This document shows positions 1 through 9,400 of a DNA stretch of 64,000 bases, piece by piece. The notes under the pieces were generated by a model. That model saw only the letters and a program-made list of their open reading frames with translations, did not search any database and had not been told where the DNA came from. A program made the translations under genes and the position numbers. The stretch lies in NCBI GenBank assembly GCA_963719225.1, contig CAVRAY010000002.1, positions 495,032-559,031 on the forward strand. The letters are read 5' to 3'. Within the stretch, counting starts at the first letter, position 1. Each line of letters opens with the position of its first letter. Source of the stretch: Thermoanaerobaculia bacterium (GTDB lineage Bacteria > Acidobacteriota > Thermoanaerobaculia > UBA5066).

Positions 1-733
1 GTGCGGCGAGAGAAAGCTCGTCGGCGGAAAGCGCGCCCCGCGCGTGAAGGAGCGCGAGGATCCGTTTTCCGCGCCGGATCGCGCGAAGCCTCCCTTCGGG
101 ATCGAACGGGTTCATTTTTCGCGGCGATTGCGGGATGGCGGTGAGGAACGCCGTCTCCGCCCAGGAGAGGTCCTCCACCGGCTTGTCGAGGTAGCGTCTC
201 GCGGCGTACGCGATGCCGTGGATCCGGTTTCCGTACGGGACGATCTCGAGGTAGTGGCGCAGGACGCCGGCGCGTCCGTACCACGCCGTCAGGAGGAGCG
301 CGGTCACCGCCTCCTGCGCTTTTCGCAGCAGGTGTCGCCGCCCCGGGTGCTGCAGGCGAGCCACCTGCATCGCGAGCGTCGAGCCGCCCGAGACGCGCTT
401 GAGGTGCCGGATGTTCTGGACGACGGCACGGGCGACGGCGAACGGGTCGACGCCCGCGTGCGACGCGAACCGGCGATCCTCCACGGCGATCGTCGCGGCG
501 ACGACCCGCTCCGGAACTTCCGGCAGCGTCCAATAGCCGAACTCCGGCCTCTTGTCCGCGAACGCGACCTCGCCGAGGAAGCGATCGTTCCGGTCGCGCA
601 GGAGGAGCGTCGGCTCGGGAGAGACGAAACGCGCGCGCCACACGGCCGGCCCGAGAACCGCGAGGCAGAGCGCCGCCGCCGCGAGGAGGGCGAGGCGGCG
701 AGGCGGGGACCACCCGGAAAGGCGCATCGTCAT
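1..733 (-). CDS. pbpC: Penicillin-binding protein 1C, N-terminal transglycosylase part (gene continues beyond window start)
   Basis: Own minus-strand translation from ATG 733..731, one nt after the A2M stop, reads MTMRLSGWSPPRRLALLAAAALCLAVL...EDRRFASHAGVDP...GGSTLAMQVARL...RKAQEAVTALLL...YGNRIHGIAYAARRYL. That is a membrane anchor plus GT51 glycosyltransferase motifs. It is not in the ORF track because no stop lies inside the window. pbpC directly downstream of a bacterial alpha-2-macroglobulin is the classic yfhM-pbpC arrangement. Confidence 0.85.
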   Translation of the reverse strand, partial: MTMRLSGWSPPRRLALLAAAALCLAVLGPAVWRARFVSPEPTLLLRDRNDRFLGEVAFADKRPEFGYWTLPEVPERVVAATIAVEDRRFASHAGVDPFAVARAVVQNIRHLKRVSGGSTLAMQVARLQHPGRRHLLRKAQEAVTALLLTAWYGRAGVLRHYLEIVPYGNRIHGIAYAARRYLDKPVEDLSWAETAFLTAIPQSPRKMNPFDPEGRLRAIRRGKRILALLHARGALSADELSLAA

Positions 734-734
734 G

Positions 735-3700
735 TCACTTCGTGCGTGAGACCTCGACCAACGCCCCGTTCGAGTTGCCGCGGACGGCCGCGTCGTACAT
801 CAGCTCGCTCTTGGCCGGAGGCTGGATGAAAGAGCCCGGCGTCACGGCGCGGGTCCGGAAGCGGAAGTCGTACGTGCCCGCCGGGAGCGTGTCGTAGAAA
901 TAGGCCACGGCGTCGTCGAGGAACCTGACGTACGTCGGGGCGAGCGTGGGAGGCTTGCTCGGCGCGGCCTCACGCGGCGCGGTGGCGAGGGCCGGGTTCA
1001 GGGGCTCGAGTCCGGCCGCCAGCGGCGCCGTGATCGCCACGTGATGCCGTACCTGGGGATTCACGATCTGGACGTGCTCCTCCACGATGGCGCCGATCGC
1101 GAGCGGCACCGTGATTCCCGGCTCACCCAGGGCGATCCTCTCCGGGGGCGCGCCGTCCACGATCCGGAAGAGCTCGCGCGTCACGACGAAGCCGTTCGAC
1201 GCCGACGCGGCGCGGCTCCCGTCCTCGGCGAGGACGTAGCGCGTCTCGGCGGCGAGGACCAGCGGCCGCGAGGCCGAGGTCACGGCGAGTGGTGTTTCGG
1301 CGGGCGCCCTCGAAGCGAGCCTGGCAACCGCGCTCCCGGCCGCGGGGGCGAGCGGCTTGGCCTCGGCACCCTCCTTCACGATGCACGTGAAGGCCTCGGG
1401 CTTTCCGGAGCCCAGGACGTCCGAGAGCGCGAGGAGAGCCGCGGCGTTTGCGTTCGTCGATCCCCAGCCGTCGCCGCGCCCCATCGTCACGAGCGCGTTG
1501 ACGAGCGCGCCGAGACGCGTGTCCCCGGGGACGACGCGGTGGAGAGCACGCAGGACCTCCGCGAGCGCCCGCGGCTCGCTGCAGAGGAGGACGAGATCGC
1601 CGAGCCGGTCGCCGTCCTGGAGGCCGCCGTAGACCGCTTTTCCTTCGCGGCTCCGCCAGATGATGCCGTCCCAGAGCGTGTTGCCGATGGCGAGAGCCGT
1701 CTCGCTCCTGGCCTCCTTCGAGCGTGAGAAAGCGAGGAGCACCTCTGCTTTTCCTTCGAGCCTCAGGAACTGGGGTCTCCGCGCCAGCTCGGCGGCGTAG
1801 GCCGCGTCGAAGCGGCCGGCGTGCGCGAGAGCGGAGAGCGCCCACGTCCTCTCGAGGAACGACTCGCCTCCGACGAAGCGGGGGTAGTCGGATCTCAGCG
1901 CCTTCTCGAGCGACGTCAGGAGCCGCTCGAGGAGCTTGTCGTCGATCGCGAAGCCCGCCTCCTTCGTCTCCACCAGAAAATCGACGGACCACGCGGTGAG
2001 GGAGACGTATCCGGGCGATCCCGGCCAGAAGGCGACGAAGCCGTTCGGGTCGATCGCGTCTGCGATCGCCTTCTGCGCGGTCGAGAAGGCGCGGGTCGCC
2101 CGCTCCTCGTCGCCCGTCCTTCCGAGGAGGGCGCGCAGCTTCCGCGCCGCGGCGAGAGCGCGCGCGGCGCTCATCGTCTGCTCCGTGCAGCCGTAGGGAT
2201 ACTCGTCGAAGAAATCGAGGCCATTCGCCATCTTGATGACGGCAGGTTCGGACGAGACGAGGAGCGAGCGCCGGAGCGTCCCCGCCCGGACCCGGTCCTT
2301 GATCTCGGGGACCGTGAACGTCGCCCCCGGGGCGAGGTCGGCGAGGATCCGCTTCAGGACCGGATCGCGATCCGCGTGGATCGGCAGCTTCACCTCGAAG
2401 GCGTCGCTCGCCTTGTCGCTCGCCCTCTCGACACCGGCGCGGAACGTGACGTGACCGGACGCGTTCGCGGGCACTTTCACCCCGAACTCGATGCGCTCGG
2501 GCTTGTTCGGCTCCAGGGCGAGCGCGCGTGCGGCGGAACCTTCGAGCGAGGCGCCCAGGACCTTGACCTGGGCGGCGGCCGGGCCGCCTTTCCCTTCCAC
2601 GATGCGGGCCAGGGCGGCCCCCGTGAAGACGTCTCCGGCACGAACGAAGCGGGGAAGCGCGGGCTGGATGATCACGGGCAGCCGGACCGCGATCGTCCCG
2701 GTCCCGAAGCCAAAGCGGTCCGGGCCGCTCATCACCTTGGCGCGCACCTTGAAGTTCGTCAGGTTGTCGGGGAGCTGCACCTGGACGGTTTTCGTTCCGT
2801 CGGGTCCGACGAGGATCGCCGGGTCGTAGAAAGGAACGGTCTTGAAATTCCGGCGGACTGTGGCGCGGTCGATGATCCCGCCCGCGGCCCCGCCGTCCCC
2901 GCCGGGCGCCTCCGCGAACGGCAGGAGCCCGAAGACTGAGTTGCGCGTGTCGCGCACGAGGAGGTGCGAGCGGACCGGTGTGATGAAGTCCGGCAGCGGG
3001 TCCAGGCGCTGCTCCTTGCCGAGCGCGAGAACGGCCTGATCCACGAGCCAGAGAGTGACCTCGCCGGCAAGGGGTTTGCCCTGCGGATCCTTGAGAGTGA
3101 TCGTCACGTCCACCTTCCGGCCCGGCATCGAAACGTCGGGGTGCGCCAGGGTCACCGCGACGCGGTTGGCCACGGGCTCCACCTCGAGCCAGGCGGTCGC
3201 CGCCATCGTCGAGGGCTTCCCGAGATCCGTGGCGTTTCCGGAGCTCGGGCCGGCTCCGGCGATCCGGCCGCGCATCAGGACGAAATGCACCGGCACGCGC
3301 GGGGCGAACGTCGGGAGGACGTCGAGACGGTACGTTCCGGCGCCCTTCTCAACGTCGAGCCACTCGTACCGGTTGCCCTCCGGCGCTTCCACGATCGCAA
3401 GCGCGCGTGCCTTCTGGAACGGGCTCTGGAGGACGATCGCGGCCTTCGCTCCGGGCTGGTACCTGGCCTTGTCCGTCGCGACAGCGAAGACCTTCGTGAC
3501 GGGCCGGGCCCACGTCACGGGCTCGTCGCCGCCCGCGTAGAGGTCGATGGCGACGATTTGCGCGCGCCCGAGCCGGTCACGCGCCTCGAGCTCCACGACG
3601 TAAACCCCCGACGACGAGATCGGGAGCGGGACGGTCAGCGGCGTGAGCTGGCTCTTCACCGTCTGCTCGCTCACTTTTTCGTCGACGACGTCGGTCAGGT

Positions 3701-6437
3701 ACCGGGCGATGCCGTCGGAGAAATCGCTGGCGCGGAGAACCGAGTGCCACTGCCGCTTAAGCAGCCGGACCGTGATCGTCTTTCCTTCGATCTCCTTTCC
3801 GTCGGGGCCGACCGCGATGACGCGCGGTGAGAGCGTCCGCGCGTGCTCCACGAAGCGCGGCACGTCGAGGCCGAGGACGAACGGCGGCAGCGCCGCGATG
3901 CGCCGCGTGGAGGTGACCGTCTGATCGTCGGCTCCGGTGACGGTGGCCTCCACGACGTACGTGCGCGGCTGGGCCGTCGGCTCGATGGCCGGGTTGAGCT
4001 TGAGCGTCGCGCCTCCGGCGTCGTTCGTGGTGTCGTCCTTCGTCAGGCGGGGAGACGACCGGAAGCGCTCGGCGCGCGAGAAGCGCCCGTCGGACGAGAA
4101 GCGGAATCCCTCGCGCTGCGGGGGACTCCAGTCGTGCGGAAACTGCGTCACGCGCCATTGAACGGGACGAGAGCTCACCTTCCCGCCGGCGTAGTAGGTC
4201 GCGGTGAGGGAGACCTGGAACTCCTTGTCGAGCGCGGCCTGGTCGGGGCCGTGGAGGTCGACCTCGAACTCCGGGATCCGGTAAGCCTCCATCCGGAAGC
4301 TGACGTGCCCGAACGGGCGCTTCTTCTTGTCCTCGTAATGCGCGTTGTAGATGCCGGTCGGGAGGTTCTTCTCCTTGAAGAGATGGTAGAAGCTCCCGCT
4401 CTCGGAGACCGAAACCGGCAGACGCCAGGCGAGCTCGCCCGGTCCCTCGACGACGATCGTCCCGTCCTCGGCGGGAAGCGGGTGCAGCAACCCGCGCACC
4501 CGTTCGCGGAGATATCCCTTGAGATGCACCTCGTCCTCCGGGCGGTAGACGGGGCGCTCCGTGAAGAGGTGGCAAAGTGTCTCGGCCCGGGCGCCGCGCG
4601 CTTCGAGCGGCTGAAACGCCCAGTCGAGCCAGTTGTCGCGGCTCTTCGCCCACTGGTTGTCGGCATAGCTCTCGGGCGGGTGCGCCGTGTCGAGAACGAG
4701 GAGGTCCTTTCCCTTCGTCACGACGATCCGCCTCGTCGTGCGGCTTTCGTGGACGTTCGGGCGGCCGGGCGCGTCCCAGCGGAACGTCCCGTCGGGACCG
4801 GTCGTCCCTTCCACGAAGGTTTCCCAGACCGACTTGCCGGGCATCCGATGAGTTCCTTCCAGCCGCACGGCCGCGCCCGGAACCGGAAGGCCCGTCGCGA
4901 GCGACGTCACCGTGAAGCGGACCGCCTGCGGCTCCTCGAGGGCCGTGAGCGCGAGGTCCGTCGCCTGGATGCGCATCCAGCTCCTCAGGCTTCCCCCTTC
5001 GAGCGCGCGAAGGCCGACGAGGTAAGTACCGCTCTCGCCCGGCCCGGAGATCTTCGCGAGGTGCGGTGCGAGGTCGAGGCCGAAAGCCGCCGCATTGCCG
5101 TCGCGCTTGAGCGGGAGCTGGACGATGGCGGAGACCGGCGGCGAGCCGAGGAGCTTCACGTGTCGCGCGATGCCCTCGGGCGCGATGTTTTGCTCGGGTG
5201 CGTTCCACGCGCCGGGCTCCTCGCCCGGTCCCGGCGGGCGTGTCGACTCGTCCGTCGTGATCGCGCGGTCGGGGAAAGGCCACAAGCTCCTGTCGAGGGG
5301 GTCGATCTTCTGGATCCTCAGGTCGAGCTTTTCGGCGCCCCGCCCGTCCACGGGCACCATTTGCGCGCCGAGCCGCTCCACGATTCCCTGCCCGGCGCCC
5401 CACTTCACGTAGGACGCGCGCCGCGGGAAGACGACGAAGGCCTCGCTCCTGCCGGCCGCATCCAGCGTGCGGCCGCGCTGATCCGTGAGCTTCGCCGGAA
5501 GGATCGAGACGGCGTAGAGAGTGTCGCGCCGGAAGGCGCCCCGGATCTCGAGCGTCCGCGCGCTGGTCTGGAGCTTCAGGTCTTCGACGGACGGCGTGAA
5601 CCGGACGAGGTTGCGCGCCTCGACCGGGGAGATCGGGCGCGGCGCGCTCGAGAACTCGACGAGGATCGCCGGGCTTTCGGTGCCGCACTTGATCGCCTGA
5701 TCCTTCTCGTAGAGCGTCCCCGACGGGGTGACGGGCAGCTGGCGCTCGCGACAGCCGAAGGAGAGGACGCGGAACGGCTCACCGGTCGCGAACGAAAGCT
5801 CCTTCGCGGCGCCGGCGGCGGCTTCGTCCGCGGAGAGCCGGAGCGTGAGCACCGCGCGGGTGCCGGCGGGAACCGGGTGCGCGAGGGAGAGGGAATACGA
5901 AGGGGCGTCGGCGCGACTCGTCCTCTCGAGCGCCTTGATCCTGATCTCCTCGGGCGGAAGGCGGCGTCCTAGAGAGACGCCGGGGAGCGGACGCAGCTCG
6001 AGCGTCACCATCTTCGCGAGCATCGCGGGAGGGAGCGGCTCGCCGAACGTGAGCGTGATCTCGTCGAAGGGCTCCAGCCCCTCGGCGCCGTCGTTCGGCA
6101 CGGTGGCCACCGGCGCTTCGAGGAGCGTGGCGAGCGTTCCGGCCTTTCCTCCCAGCGGCGTCACGCGAAAGCGCGTCAGCGCCGGCCAGGGCTCGGCGGG
6201 GCGGAACTGGAGAGTCCGGGCGTCCAGCCACCCGTACGCGCCGGGTTGCGCGGGATCGATCGACACGAAGCGCTCGGGCCGGTCTTCCGGTCCCCCCTTC
6301 GCGGGGCCGAGGTCCGATGCGAAGAACACGGTCACCGGGTCCCAGCGGCGCAGGAGCCGGTCGGGGACGACGCGCGGTCCCGTCTCGGCGGCGCCGATCG
6401 GGAGGGCGAGCAGGAAGGTCAGCAGAAGGGGTTTCAT
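735..6437 (-). CDS. yfhM: Bacterial alpha-2-macroglobulin family protein (YfhM-like), 1900 aa
   Basis: Track ORF 735..8213(-) trimmed to ATG 6437, where a signal peptide starts (MKPLLLTFLLALPIGAAE). The ~590 aa upstream are Arg-rich read-through overlapping the real upstream gene. Thioester motif YPYGCTEQTMS is present, and pbpC follows 1 nt later. Confidence 0.9.
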   Translation of the reverse strand: MKPLLLTFLLALPIGAAETGPRVVPDRLLRRWDPVTVFFASDLGPAKGGPEDRPERFVSIDPAQPGAYGWLDARTLQFRPAEPWPALTRFRVTPLGGKAGTLATLLEAPVATVPNDGAEGLEPFDEITLTFGEPLPPAMLAKMVTLELRPLPGVSLGRRLPPEEIRIKALERTSRADAPSYSLSLAHPVPAGTRAVLTLRLSADEAAAGAAKELSFATGEPFRVLSFGCRERQLPVTPSGTLYEKDQAIKCGTESPAILVEFSSAPRPISPVEARNLVRFTPSVEDLKLQTSARTLEIRGAFRRDTLYAVSILPAKLTDQRGRTLDAAGRSEAFVVFPRRASYVKWGAGQGIVERLGAQMVPVDGRGAEKLDLRIQKIDPLDRSLWPFPDRAITTDESTRPPGPGEEPGAWNAPEQNIAPEGIARHVKLLGSPPVSAIVQLPLKRDGNAAAFGLDLAPHLAKISGPGESGTYLVGLRALEGGSLRSWMRIQATDLALTALEEPQAVRFTVTSLATGLPVPGAAVRLEGTHRMPGKSVWETFVEGTTGPDGTFRWDAPGRPNVHESRTTRRIVVTKGKDLLVLDTAHPPESYADNQWAKSRDNWLDWAFQPLEARGARAETLCHLFTERPVYRPEDEVHLKGYLRERVRGLLHPLPAEDGTIVVEGPGELAWRLPVSVSESGSFYHLFKEKNLPTGIYNAHYEDKKKRPFGHVSFRMEAYRIPEFEVDLHGPDQAALDKEFQVSLTATYYAGGKVSSRPVQWRVTQFPHDWSPPQREGFRFSSDGRFSRAERFRSSPRLTKDDTTNDAGGATLKLNPAIEPTAQPRTYVVEATVTGADDQTVTSTRRIAALPPFVLGLDVPRFVEHARTLSPRVIAVGPDGKEIEGKTITVRLLKRQWHSVLRASDFSDGIARYLTDVVDEKVSEQTVKSQLTPLTVPLPISSSGVYVVELEARDRLGRAQIVAIDLYAGGDEPVTWARPVTKVFAVATDKARYQPGAKAAIVLQSPFQKARALAIVEAPEGNRYEWLDVEKGAGTYRLDVLPTFAPRVPVHFVLMRGRIAGAGPSSGNATDLGKPSTMAATAWLEVEPVANRVAVTLAHPDVSMPGRKVDVTITLKDPQGKPLAGEVTLWLVDQAVLALGKEQRLDPLPDFITPVRSHLLVRDTRNSVFGLLPFAEAPGGDGGAAGGIIDRATVRRNFKTVPFYDPAILVGPDGTKTVQVQLPDNLTNFKVRAKVMSGPDRFGFGTGTIAVRLPVIIQPALPRFVRAGDVFTGAALARIVEGKGGPAAAQVKVLGASLEGSAARALALEPNKPERIEFGVKVPANASGHVTFRAGVERASDKASDAFEVKLPIHADRDPVLKRILADLAPGATFTVPEIKDRVRAGTLRRSLLVSSEPAVIKMANGLDFFDEYPYGCTEQTMSAARALAAARKLRALLGRTGDEERATRAFSTAQKAIADAIDPNGFVAFWPGSPGYVSLTAWSVDFLVETKEAGFAIDDKLLERLLTSLEKALRSDYPRFVGGESFLERTWALSALAHAGRFDAAYAAELARRPQFLRLEGKAEVLLAFSRSKEARSETALAIGNTLWDGIIWRSREGKAVYGGLQDGDRLGDLVLLCSEPRALAEVLRALHRVVPGDTRLGALVNALVTMGRGDGWGSTNANAAALLALSDVLGSGKPEAFTCIVKEGAEAKPLAPAAGSAVARLASRAPAETPLAVTSASRPLVLAAETRYVLAEDGSRAASASNGFVVTRELFRIVDGAPPERIALGEPGITVPLAIGAIVEEHVQIVNPQVRHHVAITAPLAAGLEPLNPALATAPREAAPSKPPTLAPTYVRFLDDAVAYFYDTLPAGTYDFRFRTRAVTPGSFIQPPAKSELMYDAAVRGNSNGALVEVSRTK

Positions 6438-9400
6438 CGCGGGCTTCCTTTTTCTTCGTCGGGCGTCTCGGCGTCGGGCTCGCCCTCGCCTTTCGACGCG
6501 GCAGCCTCCTCGTCGCTCTCCTCGACCCGTGCGGCGCTTGCACTCCTGGCGGGCGGCTCCGCGAGGACGTACGTTCGGATCACGTCGGCAGGCGGACCCG
6601 TGCCGGGCGGGTCCACGCCTGCCAGCGCGGGACGGATCCTCACGGGCGCGGCGTCGGCCGGGGCGCGGACGGAAACGAGATAGTCGCCGACGGCGAGCTC
6701 CGGCATCTGGACCAGCCCCTCGCCCAGCCGGGCGCCGCCGGCCGATAGAAGCGTCGCGGTGACGAGGTCCGAGCTCGCGCGAACTCCGAGGCCGACGGCG
6801 CCTGAGCGCGCGACGTGGAATCCGTAGAGCCGCGCCTGACCCGCGCCGAGGAGGATCTCGGGTCCAAGTCCTTCGGCGATCTTCGTGACGGGCGTTGCCG
6901 TCAGCGTGGCGCGGCCTGAGAGCGATCCGGAGCCGAGCGCCCTGAGGAGGATTCGCGCCGAGCCGGAAGAAGCGTAGAGGTCGAGCCTCACGCCGCCTTG
7001 GTGGATGGCCACTTCGGGCGGGGCGCCGTCGCGCGTGACGAGCGAAAGCGCGGGGCCCGCGGAACGGAACGAGAGAAGTGACGGCGCGCTCGAAGCGACC
7101 GTGAAAGTCGCGACCTCGCCCGAGAGCGTCACGGCGACCGGCGGCGCGAGCGCGACGGGCGGCGTTCCCGCTCCGTCGCCGAAGAGGTCGGCGGCCTCGC
7201 TTCCCGGACGGTCGACCCAGGCGAGAACGAGACCGGGAGCGTGCGGCAGCAGGAGCGTGCCGCCTTCCACGGGGACCACGAGGTCGGCGCCGCGGAGGTT
7301 CCGCGCGTCGGGAGAGAGGAGCGTGACCGGGCCCGAAGCGCCCCGCACGTGAAGGGTGCGCGTCTCCCCCGAAGGGGGAGCGGCAACGGGGATCCGAAGC
7401 GTCCCGCCGTCGGGGAGAGACGCGGCGAAAGGAGCGCGCGGGACGAGCGCGGCCGGCGCCCCCGACGTCGCGAAGACGTCGAGCGCGAACCGGGTCTCGG
7501 AGAGAGACGCCGAAAGGAGGGCGATCTTCTCGCCGTCCGTCTCGAGCGTCTCGTCGGCCGGAGCGTCCGTCGTGCCGAGGAGCGCGAGTCCGTCGCGACC
7601 CTTCGAGACGAGAGCAAAGAGCCCCGCACCGAGCGCGACACGGAGCCTCTTCACGCCGGAGGGAAGGACGAAGGCGCGCGCCGCGAGGCCGGCGACGGCG
7701 CCGTCGAACGAGAGGCGCGCGGGAGTCTCGGTGCGTGGGTTCGCGAAGGCGATTCGCGAAAGGACCACGTCCGAGAGGGGCTCGCCCGGGCCGGCGGCCA
7801 GGGAAACGGCCGGCGGCGCCTCGAGCGCGGCGGCGAACCCCGTCCGCTCGCCTGCGGTCGCGGCTCCGCGAGTGAGAAGGAGGCCGGGCTGACCCGTTGC
7901 CGCCCGGGCTCGCACGAGGACCGGCCCCTTGGCGACGGCGAGGTCGCAGAGCGCCCCAGATGCGTCGAGCGTCACCTCCTTCTCGTCGAGCTTCACGCGC
8001 GCACCGCGCACCGGGCCCTCGGAGACGATGACGATTCGCTTTCCTCCGCCCGCGACGAGCCCCTCGACCTGGAGGGCCGGCGCGTCGGGAGCGGTGCTGA
8101 CGCGCAGAGCAGAACCGGAAGTCTCGAGGCGGAAAACGCCGGGGCGCTCGAGCGCGACTGCGACGGCGCCGTTCGGGAGCGCGCCGCCTTTCTCGAGCTG
8201 GCGCTCTTTCCACTCGACGAGCGGCACGCTGGAGGCCGCGACCTTCACGGACCCGCCGCGCCCGTCCGCCGAGAAGAGACCGATGCGAAGCATGCGCGCC
8301 GCGCCGGTCGGAAGGAACACGCGGGCGGCGCGCCCGGTCTCCTGCGCCAGGAGCGCTCCGTCCTCCGCCATGACGGAGAGTCCCACGCTCTCGGAGGCGG
8401 TGGCCGAGATCGAGAGGAGCGATCCCGCCGCGACGGATACCGGGATCTCGAGGACGCCTCGCCCCGGCTCGAGCTCGCGCGCGATCGGAAGCGGCTCCAG
8501 GGGGAGCGCGCTCCGCACGAGCTCCCGGAGCGCGATCGCCGTTCGGGCCGTCGGCGCTCCGGCCGGGTCGACGCGGAGCGTGTAACGCCCCGGCGCGAGC
8601 GGGCGCGCGATCGCGAAGTTCCAGTCGTCGGCCCGGTCGTCGTTCTCGGCCACGACGTTACCGGCCGAGTCGCGGAGGCGTGCGCGAACGTCGTCCACCC
8701 CGCTCGAGGCGAGCTCGTAGAGACCGGGACTTCCGATCGAAATCGGGATCTCCGCGGGGGCGGTCACGGCGCGGGAGAGACCGGCGACGAGCGGCTCGGG
8801 TGTCACCGAGACCGCGTACTCCACGCGGCTGTCGCGGCGCGCGGCGGTCGCTTCCAGGACGTACGAGCCAGGCGCGAGTGATCCGTGGAAGCCCGCGCCA
8901 GACGAAACTTCGACGGTGGCAGCGCTGTCCCTCAGGAGGCGACCCTGCATGCCGGCCGTCAGGACGACTTTCACAACGGCGGGCGCGGGCAGCGTGAAGC
9001 CGAAGCGGTCGGGGATGCGATCGGCTCCCTCGGCCGGCTCCATCCAAAGCGCAGCGGCGCTCACACCGAGCGGGAGCGCGTGCGGACCATGCCCGCGAAA
9101 GCGAAGCGGGCCGGCCTGCCGGTCGAGCGAGACGACCGCGCGCGCGGAGACCGCGAAGGGAAGGACCACGAGGCGATACGTCCCCTTCGCGAGCGTCCGG
9201 CGGAGGTCGCCGTCCACGCCCGGCTTGAGGAGCGGCCAGCCGTCCTTGTCCTCGAGGCGAACCGGAAATTTTCTTTTCAGCCCGAGCGCGCGAATCCGGT
9301 AGGTGCCGGCCTTGCGCACGTCGAGCCGGAGCTCCGCCGCTTCTCCGGCGCCGAGCGAAAGGCGCGCCGGGACGCCGTCGGTGACGTCGCCGCCGTTCAC

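Noticed and set aside
6438-8213. 592-aa N-terminal extension of the A2M ORF (track ORF 735..8213) and the analogous extension of 6434..14308
   Set aside because: Both are Arg-rich read-through overlapping the real upstream genes. Genuine signal peptides and start codons occur at 6437 and 11614.
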